Of a DNA stretch of 51,214 bases, positions 25,177 to 37,255 are shown piece after piece. Numbering within the stretch: position 1 is the first letter of the stretch; each line of letters begins with the position of its first letter. The notes under the pieces were generated by a model that did not search any database, was not told where the DNA came from, and worked only from the letters and a program-made list of their open reading frames with translations. The translations under genes and the position numbers were made by a program. The DNA is taken from the NCBI GenBank assembly GCA_018398765.1, contig JAHBMJ010000293.1:1-51214 (forward strand), given 5' to 3'. The stretch is from Chromera velia. Taxonomy: Eukaryota.

Positions 25177-28100
25177 TTACCTTTTCTTTTCTTTGAATGC
25201 GTGTACTGCTTCTTTCGCATGTGTCAGATTTACAGCAGGCTCCCAGGATGCATTTTCTTTACTCTCTCCTTCCCACCATACCAGATAGTATGCCTGCTTG
25301 TCTATCTTTCTGTGATCGAGAATCTCTTTCACTTCATACTTGACCTCTTCTGATGCAGGCAATCTGATGGCAGGAGGAGGGTCATCCTTTTCTCTCTCGT
25401 ACTTCTTGAGGAAAGAAACATTGATGACATTGTGGCCCCTTACCCCTGCAGGGAAAATCAGCTTATACGTATTGCTCCCTATTTTCTCTTCTACCTCAAA
25501 CGGTCCATAAAATACAGGCTCAAGCTTCCCGTTTAGCTTCTTACTTCCCTTAAACTATATATTGCGCATAAGTAAGAAATCCTCTGGAGCAAATGAGACT
25601 TCTTTTCTGTATAGGTCTACTTGACGAGCTACTTGCTCTCTTGTTCGTTCAAGTTTCTCCTTTGCCTTCATGATTTCTGCCTCTCTGCGGTCTGCAAAAT
25701 CTGCTGCTGGCGGACAAAATGACTTCGAGTGCACGGAGACTGAAGGCAAACGGATGGAGTCACAGCCGTATAAGAAAGAAAAATGAGATATGCCTATAGC
25801 TGGATGCACAGAATCATGATATGCAAATTGACACGAACACAACCACCTCGGCCAGTCTGTCTGATGCTCATTCACAAAACAATGCAACATCTGTTCAATT
25901 ATCTGATTGTCTCTTTCTATCTGTCCGTCTGACTGTGGATGTCCTCTTGTGCTTATATTCAGCTTCGTTCCCCACAAACGAGCCAATTCCTTCCAGAATG
26001 CGGGGATCACGATCACTCACGACTGACTGCGGCATTCTGTGCTCGCACACGACGCGCTTGTAGACCACCTCTGCAGTTCCCTCGGCGGTGATTTCCGAGG
26101 AGACTGCAGTGAAAGTAGGGGTTTTTTACAGATGGTCAATCACAGAGAGAGTCCCATCAACCCATTCTCCTTTGAACATCACCCTCGGTAAACCAAACAC
26201 AAAATCCAAAGAGATTGACTGAAAAGAAAATTCAGGGATAGAGAGAGGTTGGAGCAATCCATGTGGTTTCTCAGTTGGCCTCTTTGCTTTCTGACACGCA
26301 TCGCACTTTCTGACATACTGCTGGACAGAAACATATATATGAGGCCAGTAGAAACTTCCTGCCAGTTTTAAATATGTCTTCTCTGCCCCCAAGTGACCCT
26401 TTACGGCCATGTCGTGATGCTCATAAATGAGATTCCTTTGCAGTCTCTCTGTAGGGACAGCCAGCCGATTATTGAAATAAAGCAATCCATCCTCTATCTG
26501 AAAACGAGGGACAATCAGCCGCAAGTATCGAGGCACCTCTCTATCAGGGTGCTCCATCACTTCCTTCACTTCTGTCTAGAACTTCTCTTCTTCATAGCCT
26601 TTCTTTATCCTCTTTAATAACTCCTCATCCGGCTGCACTCTTAACTCCAGCAACAACAACTGGCAGACTTCTTTTCTTTCTTTCTCTTCTTCTGTTGACT
26701 CATGGGTGGTCATCGCCGGGTGTCTGCTCAGTGCATCTGCCACTCTATTTCTTACACCGGGCACATACCTGGGAGTGATCCCCAACTCGTCGAACATCGA
26801 GACGAATCTGCGCATACGTAGAGACATCAGGGTGCGGTCAGCAGACACATTGACATACTTGAGAGATTTATGATCGGACCACACCTTGGTTGTATGACTG
26901 ATATATGGTCTCCACGATTTCACAGCAAACACATATGCAAAAAATTCTTTAGCTCTGATGGGATACTTCAATTCTGCCCGTGACATTCTGTGTGAAGCAA
27001 ATGCATACGGACGGAGCCATCCAGTCTCAGGGTTTTCTTGTATAAGTGTGGCAGCAAGCGTCTCTGTTGATTCACACGCATCCACAAAGATTTCAAATGG
27101 ACGCGCAGAATTAGGGATGTACAGCTCTACTGTATTCCTCACTGCTTCTTTTATTCAATTTGCCTTAAAGCTCTCTTCTTCTTTCTTTCCCCACTTAAAC
27201 GATTTATCTCCCCTCAGCAATGCATACAGAGAACCTGCCTTTTCACTGAAGCGAGGCATAAAACGTCTCACCCAAGTTGCAAAACCAAGGAAAGAAAGCA
27301 CATCGTTCTTGCTCTTGGGGGTGGGCCACTTACTGACTTATTCAGTCTTACTCCTCTCTGGACGTACCCCCGTCCACAAAATCTTCAGTCCCAGAAAAAT
27401 GACTTCAGTCTGTATGAAATGAGATTTAGAGAGCTTTGCCTTCATCCTGTTCTTACCGAGCAACCCCAATACAATCCGTATATGTTTTTTGTGTTCTTCT
27501 CTAGTACGTGAACAAATGAGAATGTCATCAAGAAAGACAGACACAAAACGATCGAAGCACGAACAAAGAACATACTGAATCACTCTCATTCTATACGGTG
27601 GGGTGTTCGTCAACCCAAAAAAGACGACCAGCCACTCAAAGGAACCATAACGAGTCGTGAAAGCTGTCTTCGGGATATCTTCCTCCCTCATTCTCATCTA
27701 ATGGTAGTACTGACGTAAATCCAGCGTCGTGAAAAAGCATGCCCCATACAGATGATCAATTAATTCCTGAAGGTGAGGGAGATAATATTTATCTTTGATC
27801 ATTATTTTATTCAGTCCAGTATAGTCACAGCACATACGCATGGTGTCATCTTTTTTCTAGATAAAAAGGATCGGGGCAGCATATGGAGATGCTGACGGAC
27901 GGATAAATCCTTGCTGAAGATACACATCTATCGGCCTTCTCAGTTCATCTAACCCTTCGATCGATAAACGATAGGGCGGGCGGGCGGGAGGAGAATGACC
28001 TGGCTTAAGCTTAATTTTGAAATCCAAATCAGGTCCCTTTGAGGGAGGCAACTTTTTCAATCGATCGGGAAAGAGAGTCGTATACTCAGCTACAATTTTT

Positions 28101-30226
28101 TTTACATCAAACGCAACCTCAACATCCGGTTGAGAGAGAAATTCACGCACATCTGATAAGTCAGAGGCCAACTGAGCAGGATGATCAAACGGAAGAGAAG
28201 ATAGAAAATCAGAACCCAAAATCCCCCCATCATTCATTCTCCCCTTTCTTTTTCCCTTACTCACTTCAGTCATATAGACGTTGCAGGCAGGCCGGCGTAC
28301 CGTCTCTAATCGCACGAGATGATAGACGGCACCTCTTTTAATCGCTCGCTTGGCCTGCAAATGCACCACAATGGGAGGGTAAGGTCTATTTTCTATACAC
28401 GCACCCCCCCGGAGATTCACTTCCTTGTCATCAAAGAAGAAGCGAAGAAAACGAGACCAGTGGCTGATTTCAGGTTAATGGACGTCACTCCATAATATCT
28501 GTCTAAGGATGATGTCGTAGCCATCCAGATCAGCAAGCAATGCACCGACTATCTCCTGATACTCCTGAATTCAGAGGGGCACAGCAGGTGCATACTCACT
28601 GACCTCTCGTCTCCTTGGCTCCTTCACGGCGACCCGGCAGTTAAGAGGAGTACCAAACCTGTAAACATGCAACTGCCGATGGTGTGCAAACTTGCTATCG
28701 ATGAAAATATCATCGGCTCCAATGTTATACAAGACTCTGACTGGAGCACCCACGACCGTGTTATGATAGACAAAACCAGTCTCAAACAAATCCTCATTAT
28801 CCTCATCTGTCTTATTCCATCCATTCTATCTCTCTTGTCTATCTCCCTCCTCAACCACACTACGTACCTCTTGGTCTCCTTCAACTACGACGTCGTCATT
28901 TAGGCTTTGGTGTCTGATCGTCCTCACCCTGGCTATCCGTTTGGGTCCAGCTGTGCACGTTGGTGATCCACGCCCCCGAGGCTGAAGAGATTCACCAAAT
29001 GATGGAGACTGTACGCGTTCCTCACCTCTCCTTCCAGGCGACATCAGTGACCCCGGACTGTCACCTCACCGACCAGACCTGCCTCCCACTCCCGACGACT
29101 GGGCCCCCTGACTGGCGAAAGGATGCGGAGATGGGTAGGGGGTTGATGCTTGCCAGGGCTAACCCGGAGGCTACCGGGGGGATTGGAAAGATCTGGTCTG
29201 GAACGTCCAGATGGTTCGCATGTGTGGGGGCAACTAGGGTCTGTTGCCGCACTGCCTGACCTGATGGTCCAGCTCTCCACACAGCAAACAACGATGCAGT
29301 CTCCGTTTGTTGTCCCACACTGCCTGCGGAATCACGGGGTGATGTGGTGGCAACCCCGTAGGCCTCTGAGGAGCACCAAACCCACATAATTCCATTGGCA
29401 CCGGTCCTGTCGGGTTGATCGGCTCCAATGCTGTAGGCATGGGCATCTTTCTCCGCCCCTACTGGCCCTTACGAGAGCTGACATCCTGCAGTCAGAGCTC
29501 ATTGTCAAGGGCCTTCTCCATCGCTTCCTCCAAAGTGATGGGTTCTGCTCGGTCCGTCTCGTACCTGATGACAGGAGGCAATCCCTTGATGTAGTCATCA
29601 ACCAAATCCAACTTGTTGGCTCCTGGGACCTTCAGAGCGAGTGTAGAGAAATCCTCGTTGTAGTCAGTGACGGACCTTTTGCACATGAGGGTGAGAACCT
29701 TCTTCCTCGCCTTCCTCCACTCATGCTTCTCCTTGTACCTCCCTCTTGGCACTTCACGCAGTGCTGGCCAGTCCGCAAAACCCTGTCCACGCTTCACCCT
29801 CAAGTCAAACCAGTTCCTCAAGGGTACAAACAGAAAAGTCTTGGCGATTCCCAGTTGACGATGATGAGGGACTTGAGCGTTGATGAAGTAGTCATCAGTG
29901 TCCGTGATGAACCTCTCCGTTTGGTCGCGGCGTCCAGTAAACGTCTCCGGTTTCACTAGAGTGATGCAAAGCACCTGCTCGCGTTCTTCAACTTCAGGGC
30001 CCTGAGGTGCAGCAAGAGGAAGTGCACCTTCAGCTGGAAAGACAAGCTGTGGAGCAGCGATAGATTGAGCTGCAACCACACCTGAAAGAATCAGATTCTG
30101 CTGGATCTGCTGGTTACTCTCCTGCAAAGCTGCAAAGCCTTACTGCAGTGTCGTGAAGCCCTGCTAAAGGTTCTGCAAGGCATTTCCGACCTGCTCAGAA
30201 GTCAATGGAACGAGAACTGGTTCCAT
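25177..30226 (-). pseudogene. gag-pol polyprotein pseudogene (Gag with CCHC knuckle, aspartic protease, RT, RNase H, integrase, chromodomain)
   Basis: Gag from ATG 30226 (KPETFTG...; knuckle CLLCGELDHQVRQC). Protease VLYNIGADDIFID with a degenerate D[ST]GA site. RT IRPSASPYAAPILF...KTAFTTRYGSFEW...FLDDILI. RNase H IFVDAC...VWSDHKSL...NRVADALSR. Integrase HH-CC zinc finger, SISLDFVFGLP and HPQSDGQIER. Chromodomain YEVKEILDHR...YYLVWWEG...ASWEP. Many in-frame stops and frameshifts. Confidence 0.95.
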
Positions 30227-30294
30227 TAAGAAAACTCAATCTGAAAACACTGAGAGAATCAAAACCTGTTCGGAACTAGGCTCTGGTAACCAAT

Positions 30295-30572
30295 TGTTAG
30301 CTATCTACGGGGCTCTCTGAACTCTAATAGCTAAGATGGACGTTCGAGTTCAGTGGCTATAAGTGTCATAGAAAGTCTCATCTAGGAGAGTTGTCCTGTT
30401 AATTCATCAGTTAGATGCTACCACATCAATTAAGCGTGCATGCAGGCAGACTGATCAATTCCGACGTCAGGCCACGTCAGAATTATACAGGCCGTCACTC
30501 ATAGCGCTGCCGCGCCGCCACGCCGCCACGCCTTGAGCCCGTCGCCTGCCCGCTGCTCGTGTCCAGCCTACA
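30295..30572. repeat. 5' LTR of chromovirus
   Basis: Directly followed on the minus strand by AT and a tRNA-iMet-like PBS. Confidence 0.92.
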
Positions 30573-31229
30573 TGCGTGTGTACATAATAGATAGAGTGGT
30601 TGTAGGGCTGTAGCATACTCAGCCTCCTGCTCAGCGTCCATACCTTTCGCATCATTTCGACACAAAAGGATTATCGCACAAAGGTGCCAACCACCGTGAA
30701 TAAGTACACACACCAGCTGACAGAGTCAGACTAAATGTGGACAGTCAGTCATGTGCAGACACGCACACAGCAAACAGCAGAGTCAACGTCGGATATGCAT
30801 ACGCCGGTTCCGATCGATTAGGTACAGAACTAGTTATACACTCACAGAACAGCAAGCAAAAGAAGTAATCTACTGGTCATTTCATTTGCGATGCACTCGT
30901 AGAAGGCAATCTCCGTGAGATGGAGTCATTCCAAAGTCCAAGCAACACCAAGCAACATCTCCAACGATCGGCTTTTACGACCTCCAACGATCTTCGGGTT
31001 CTCTACCCAAAGGCAAAGTCCAGGATCGGACTCGAAGGGGATCTCCAAAACAGGGCTCCAGGCAGCTTGAGACGCAAGGGGACATTGAATTCCCCTACTC
31101 ACGGTCTTTGCCTGACCGTGCCCATATCGTTGCAATCGGTTTCCAACTATTACGCAAAGAGACAGATCTGATCTCCATCACAGAAGGTATACGAAAGTCG
31201 ACACTCATCGAGCTGAGCGCTCAACACAA

Positions 31230-31683
31230 TGCTTTGTCCCTCCTGTCCGGCCACCTTATGGCGTTCAAACAGAAGGTAAAGCGAGGATAAGAACCTTAAG
31301 AAGATTTAGAGAAGGAACGTGAGCAACATTCAGTCAGGCAACAGTTTACAAAACGTTTATCCCTATATCAGTTTAAGTTCTAGCGCGATCTAGTATTCTA
31401 ATTGGCTGAGTTCATTCTATCATGCACAGTTTCTACTCATTCCTCTCTCTCAGACTTCTTGATCTATGACAAACAGACATTAGCCTCAAACGATGCTATC
31501 CGTTGCTTAAGTGATGTGTTGCTTGAATACGAACATTGCGAAGGTCAGACTCAACTTTGATCGATGTGCGTGCAACACGTACGAAGCAAAGCGCGGCGGC
31601 GGAATGTGGCGTGGCACGCTAGCTCACTCAGTCACGGCGTATGCAAAGGCTCAAAGGGAGGCGCCGCAGGGTAGGACTCCACA
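31230..31683. repeat. LTR of outer element (5' LTR on minus strand)
   Basis: TGCTTTGTCCC...GGACTCCACA; copy of 23206-23674. Confidence 0.85.
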
Positions 31684-31903
31684 TATGACAGTTTTTTTTC
31701 TACTAAAAACTTAAAAACAACTGCACTGGGACCGTATGACTGGCTGGGCGCATGCATGATTTTCTCGGGACGACCTTGATTACCCCAAAATTGATGATTG
31801 AGGGTTTTTTCATGCATGCCGCGTCCCCATATTAATGCCTGTAAAGCAGCGGTTTTTACCCCCGCGGTGGTATCGCCACGGGTTTCACCTGGTTTCAAGC
31901 GCT

Positions 31904-32518
31904 CACAGCCCCGCGGCGGCCTCTAACCCCTTTACAAGTCTTGATGGGTCATATCAAATATATCTATAAGTATTTTATAGCAGGAATAAGTCATTCTATT
32001 ATGGTTTTAAACTATTTTAAACATGAAAATAAGATAAAATAATATAATTAATATAGGAAATATTAAGAACAAACAAAAAATAAATACAAAAAAAAAACTA
32101 GTAACTCATTTATTTTTAATCTAATTCATAATAAAAGAAACTATAAGTCATATTCTGAGCAACAATCATGGTGTGACATGATTATTTTAAAATTGATCGA
32201 ATTGTTTCGTTGATTTGAATGTATTGCAGAGAATAATTTTTGAATTAATGAATCAATTCATTTGCGATTTCATGCGTGTTGATGCGATTTCCAGGCATCA
32301 GAGTGACATACTTATTTCTTTCTAAAATCACAATCCGGTGAAGTTGAGTCTGAAAATAAGTTGAGTGTATGAGTCGAACTGAGCGTATCCTATGAGATTC
32401 CTCTCTGTGGCGGCGCCTCAACTTTTTTTTTGCAGGCTCCACAGCGGCGCGGCTCTGCCGCGGAGTGGACCTTTTTGCTGGGCCTGGCCGCCCCACGGCG
32501 TGCCGCCGCGGGGCTCTA
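31904..32518. mobile_element. Possible MITE with GC-rich terminal inverted repeats and AT-rich core
   Basis: AGCCCCGCGGCGGC (31907-31920) is the exact reverse complement of GCCGCCGCGGGGCT (32502-32515), extendable to 17 bp with 2 mismatches. No clean TSD. Confidence 0.4.
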
Positions 32519-33096
32519 CACATCCTGTACCACGGACAGGAGAAAATTTCGCCCCGCGGCCCGGGGTAGCCGCGTTACACGCGGATCCGAGAGCGTTTTG
32601 GGGTGCGTTTCGCACGTATCTCACAATTGCGCGCGGTATCTCACTATATGGCGAAACACACCCGCGCGAATCGTAAGAACCACCTGCAGGTGGCGTTTAC
32701 AACTGCGGTCACAGTTTTTTTTGCACAGAGTGTGAGCGCATTCCGTAACAGCCACCTCACTTTTTCTAAGAGCCACCTCTTATCACAGTTTTCCCACTGA
32801 CTGCTTCACGGTCACAGTTTTGCATCCGTCATGCATTGCTGCTCACCCGTCGTGCAGACTTATGCATTCAGTGCGCGTCGGTTTCTGCCTCCAATTGAGG
32901 AAGATGGAGTCTCATTGCCTGGGCTTATCTTCGGACTGCATTAATATGTACTTTGAAGATTTCTGCATGTATACAGTTTTCGGATGTGTAGACGGAAAGA
33001 CAACTGAAGCATTCGGGTGGCGTTTACACGCTTTCCGGGTGTCAAAAGATAAGGAGGGAGAACAAGCACAGGAACGGACACAAGCAAGACGGCAAA

Positions 33097-34469
33097 ATGG
33101 AAATTGACTCGGCAAAAAGCATGCATCCCCTCATAGACGGCGAGGGAGAACCTGCCGATGAGGAAGAAGAAGTCGATCCCATTGAGGATGGAACTCAGGT
33201 GCAAGGGATGGCTGCTAGTCAGGCGGAGCAGCGAGGGGTTCTACAAGCTGTGGGCGGTCGGCTTCGCTTCGCGGGCATTGGTGCGGCAAAGATCGCAAGG
33301 GGTCTTGAGCCGGCAGGCGAGAAAAAGAAGCATGGGGAGGCATAGACCAAAAGGATGTACACACACGCGCTTGCCAAATTTACGAGGGGAATTCCAGCCG
33401 AGAGGGCCTTCAAGAGAGAGGGGGCAAGACACTAGGCAAGACAGCACGCCTCGCTGAAAACGGGTAGTGAGCAATGGAATGCTTGGCAGTCGATTCAACG
33501 GTGCCCCAGATACAAAGCAGTCAGCAGAATCAGAGTCTTGGTCCCTCAGCCTCCGAGTCGACGGCTGCAGCGTCGAGTGGCACTACAACCGTATCGATCT
33601 CAGGTGTGCATCCTGGCAGCACTTCCAGTCGAAAGTGTAGGTCAACAGATGGACTTTTGAATGCAGCCAAAATTCTGTTGTCAGTCTCTCCCGTTAGAAA
33701 CAGGGTCATGACAGAACGTTTGCTGTCGCTTCGAAACGAAGTTGTGGCTGAAAAGATTGATGTGCATTCAGAAAAAGGCATCCTGGAAATTTGTAAGCGT
33801 TACAACAATGAGTAGTTCCGTCTTGCCCTCAATAAGACAACCACACCTCTTCTTCCCATTTGGGCCCCCAAGCTGCGTGAGTTTTATCATAAGCACGATG
33901 AAAAGGAAATATGCAGGTGGTCTGCTGTGCCTGATTTGCAGCAGGCGCAGGGCCATGAGGCTTCTGCCTCCAGTGGTACCAGCCTGACGCCAGAAGGACG
34001 AGTGTTTCAGCCTGAGGGTGCGAGGACAGAAGTGAGTGCTAGTAGCGGGGGAGATTGGGTTATCAGAATCCAAACTCTCCCTCTTCGTTCATCAGATCCC
34101 CTTAATGCTCCAGGCAGAAGACGTCAAAGTTTCCACCTATGGCGTGGGCCGATTTCTTCTCCGGCTGCCCCTTCTGCAACCCTACAGCCCGAGTGCAGAG
34201 TACTTTTTGACGGTACAGGAGTTAGGCATTCGATCGCCATTAAAGAAACGAGAAGAAAATGGGAAGAGGCACCGATTATGTAAAAGGGGCAATGTAGATG
34301 CCAGTGGTGTAGGAAAAAGAAATCACGTGCAACGCATCCAAAGCTACCGCCTCACAATGTGCAGTGGTGTGCCAAATATGATTTTGATGTGTTCATGAAC
34401 AGCACTATATATAAGGATGCAGTTACAAAAAAACTTCATCGGGCGTTACTTGGCAAACCAGCAGCATAG
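33097..34469 (+). pseudogene. Spliced hypothetical gene with a disrupted C-terminal Cys/His zinc-finger-like motif
   Basis: Phase-compatible introns 33812-33916 and 34032-34113 join the ORFs. The terminal segment CRCQWCRKKK...PPHNVQWCAKY (stop at 34469) is reachable only through a frameshift or the TAA at 34281-34283. The 5' exons are uncertain. Confidence 0.4.
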
Positions 34470-35002
34470 CCTCAGCTGGATGTCAAGAATGAATGACTGA
34501 AATAAAATTTAAAGTGTTTTTATTGGTTTTCACTTATTTTATATGAGCTAATATACATTTTTATTGTACACAGATCTTAAAATAATTTTAAGATTTATTT
34601 ACTTATCTTAACTTATCTAGTAAGATTGTACGTGCATTTTAAACTTTTGGTTTAATTAAGTTATATATGTACTTATAGTAAATAGAATATGTATAATAAT
34701 TTATATTTAAAATTCAATTGTACTAGTTGTTGTACATTAAATACTACATTCGTTTAAAATTATGTAAATTCACTGCTTAAATTAACATATCATTTACGTA
34801 AATTAACTTAGATTAATCCATAAATTCACCTAGTATTGCAGGGAAATTATTAATTTATTTGTTATTAAAATGAAATGTACGTACATAATTAAATAACGCA
34901 ATTATCTAATATAAAATTAGTAAAAAAATAGGATTATAAGATAAATAATTGATTTACATTTACAATAGCTGCCGTTGTATAGATAACGCAGAAGCTGTAA
35001 TT

Positions 35003-35647
35003 TCAAAACTCTACCTCGTCTTCGTACTCATTTTCATCATTTTTAATGACAAAATCCAAATCCTCATACTTATTTTTGTCTTCAGAGATAACATTTTCCT
35101 CTTTAGACTCAGGGTCTATCTTCCATCGCTTTGGGGGAGAAGACGCTCCTAGGGGAGAAGGCGACACTACCGGGCCGCTGTCTCTACTTGTTTCCTGACC
35201 CCTCCACGGAGATGGCGGCATGGCCGAGGGTACGGCGCGTTCTTCGGGGGGGGGGATGGGGACCTCAAGGCCTAGCGTAGTCCAGCCTTTCTCGGTCAAC
35301 GAACTGCACATACATACATATACACATATACACACACACACACACAGAGAGGGGGGNGGGGGGGGGGGGGGAAGAGGGAGAGAAGAGAAGCAAAGGGCAG
35401 AAAGAGACACAAGTTAAGAAGTATCAAAAAGAGCTAAAATTTTCTCCACCAGAGAACAGAGGGAAGGATGAACGTCTAAACAGAGAATGAAAAGAGAAGG
35501 ACCGACATTGGTTAGGCCTGACACAGAGGCAATGCTGTTTATCCATACCCTTAGAACCTTCGCATAAGACTGGACCTGTTTGTAGTCAGAGCGAGAGGGT
35601 GGGCGTTCGGTCGACCAGACAACCTTGCTTTCCTTCTGTGTAGACAT
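35003..35647 (-). pseudogene. Fragmentary hypothetical coding remnant, possibly a retrotransposon Gag N-terminus
   Basis: ATG ORF 35414-35647 (RPPSRSDYKQVQSYAKVLRVWINSI...GPSLFILCL) plus a Pro/acidic ORF 35003-35310, separated by microsatellite and a G-run with an N at 35357. The Gag resemblance is by eye only. Confidence 0.25.
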
Positions 35648-36994
35648 TGAAAGGAAGGCCTGGGAAGGGAAGGACGGAGAGGGTAGAGCGCTGTTACACC
35701 GTAAAATAGTTAGTCATGTTCAGTGGTTACGTCTTGAAGAAGACTGTTAATCCAGAGTCGCTATCTGGATAGAACAAAAAGTAATCCACAAGATTCAGAA
35801 AAGCAAATTGCGTTCAACATGGAATTCAATTGACTCTGTGAAGCGCACGCATAGCGCAATACAATCGATTTGACAAAATTTGGATTTCTGCGGTTTGCTT
35901 TGCGGCAGTGGTGCATACGGTGTACGCGGCGGCTCACGTGGCTCTTTCTGAATGACACACTGATACTTCTTAACTATACAGAAACAGAGACCTTTTATTC
36001 TTTGATCCACTCACTCAAGGATAGGGTAGCGGTTGCCGTGACCAGTATCTGCCCCCCTCTTCGCAAAATACCCGTCTTCGACCATTGCGTCCATCAGTCT
36101 TTTGAGCAGCTGCACACTATACTTCCTGTTCTGCCTCCAATAACGTCCTAGCACCCCATTGCTCGGAATGTTGGCTTCCTCAAGCAGCCTGTATGAATAA
36201 ATTTTGTATGAATTCACGAAGCAAACCAACATAGTTAGCACCGAAAAGATCTTTAAAGATCTACAAAAAGGCGAATATGCAATCAGAAAAAAGCAATCTA
36301 TTCAACAATCTAGACAATAATAAAAAAAGTTTAACAATGTTTAACAGAGACTCGCTTGATACACTAACTAATAATTAAGAATATATTCAAATATATAAAA
36401 ATAGACAAACAAAGGACGGACTCTTTTCTTTTTGAAGAAAGGGCCTTACAGCAGCCTCCGATGCCCAATGCAAGGTATACAACCATGTCCGTCGTCAAAT
36501 CTCCTCACACCTTGTAGACAAGGGAAAGATTGTCGGCATCTTCCCCGCTCTGTTTCACAAGATGCTTTTGATACTCGAAAAGGAGACGGCAGAGGGCTTT
36601 CACCTTCTCTATTTCTTCTTCAATGCGCAGAGGAGGGGGAAATAGGGAGTACGAGGGACGTGCACACACGTCACACGCAAAGCGGCAGACAAGAGGGGGA
36701 ATCAGCATCTCGCCTTCAAAGTGAGCTCGAATAAGCCCCCACCAACAAGACTTTTCGTTATTCAAACAAAACCGATCCACTTCTCTCACCGCTTTCTGCT
36801 GTTCCCCTATCTCTATACTCTCCCTTGCCTACCGCCCCCCCCTCTTATCTTCTTCGGGCCACAGGTAAGCTTCTTTGCCCTAAGCATATTATTCCCGGAA
36901 TGCCACAAAAGAGCACGAGATGGTTAACCTTCCCGGCCACAACGTCCAACCTCTTGGTACAGTCTGGCAAAGGCATACGCATAGACAAAACCGT

Positions 36995-37095
36995 GCATAC
37001 AGAGAGATACATACGCACATACACATACACATACACACACATGCACGCACGCACGTACGTATAAAGAAAGAAAGAAAGAAAGAAAGAAAGAAAAA

Positions 37096-37127
<32 letters not shown>

Positions 37128-37178
37128 GAGCGAGCAAGAGCAAGGCTAGAGAGCGAGGAGACAGAGAGAGACAGACAT

Positions 37179-37255
<77 letters not shown>

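Larger units (their letters stand above)
24586..30572 (-). mobile_element. Ty3/Gypsy chromovirus LTR retrotransposon, full length but decayed
   Basis: 278-bp LTRs at 24586-24863 and 30295-30572 (TGTTAG...CCTACA). PBS TGGTTACCAGAGCC on the minus strand at 30279-30292. Degenerate 5-bp TSD TGTAT/TGCGT. Internal order is gag, protease, RT, RNase H, integrase, chromodomain. Confidence 0.95.
23206..31683 (-). mobile_element. Outer LTR element, apparently non-autonomous (LARD/TRIM-like), interrupted by a nested Gypsy insertion
   Basis: Direct repeats 23206-23674 (469 bp) and 31230-31683 (454 bp; 15-bp indel), both TG...CA. On the minus strand a purine tract (GGGGGGGATC) abuts the left LTR at 23675-23684. 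The internal sequence (23675-24585 plus 30573-31229) has no recognisable gag/pol. Confidence 0.8.
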
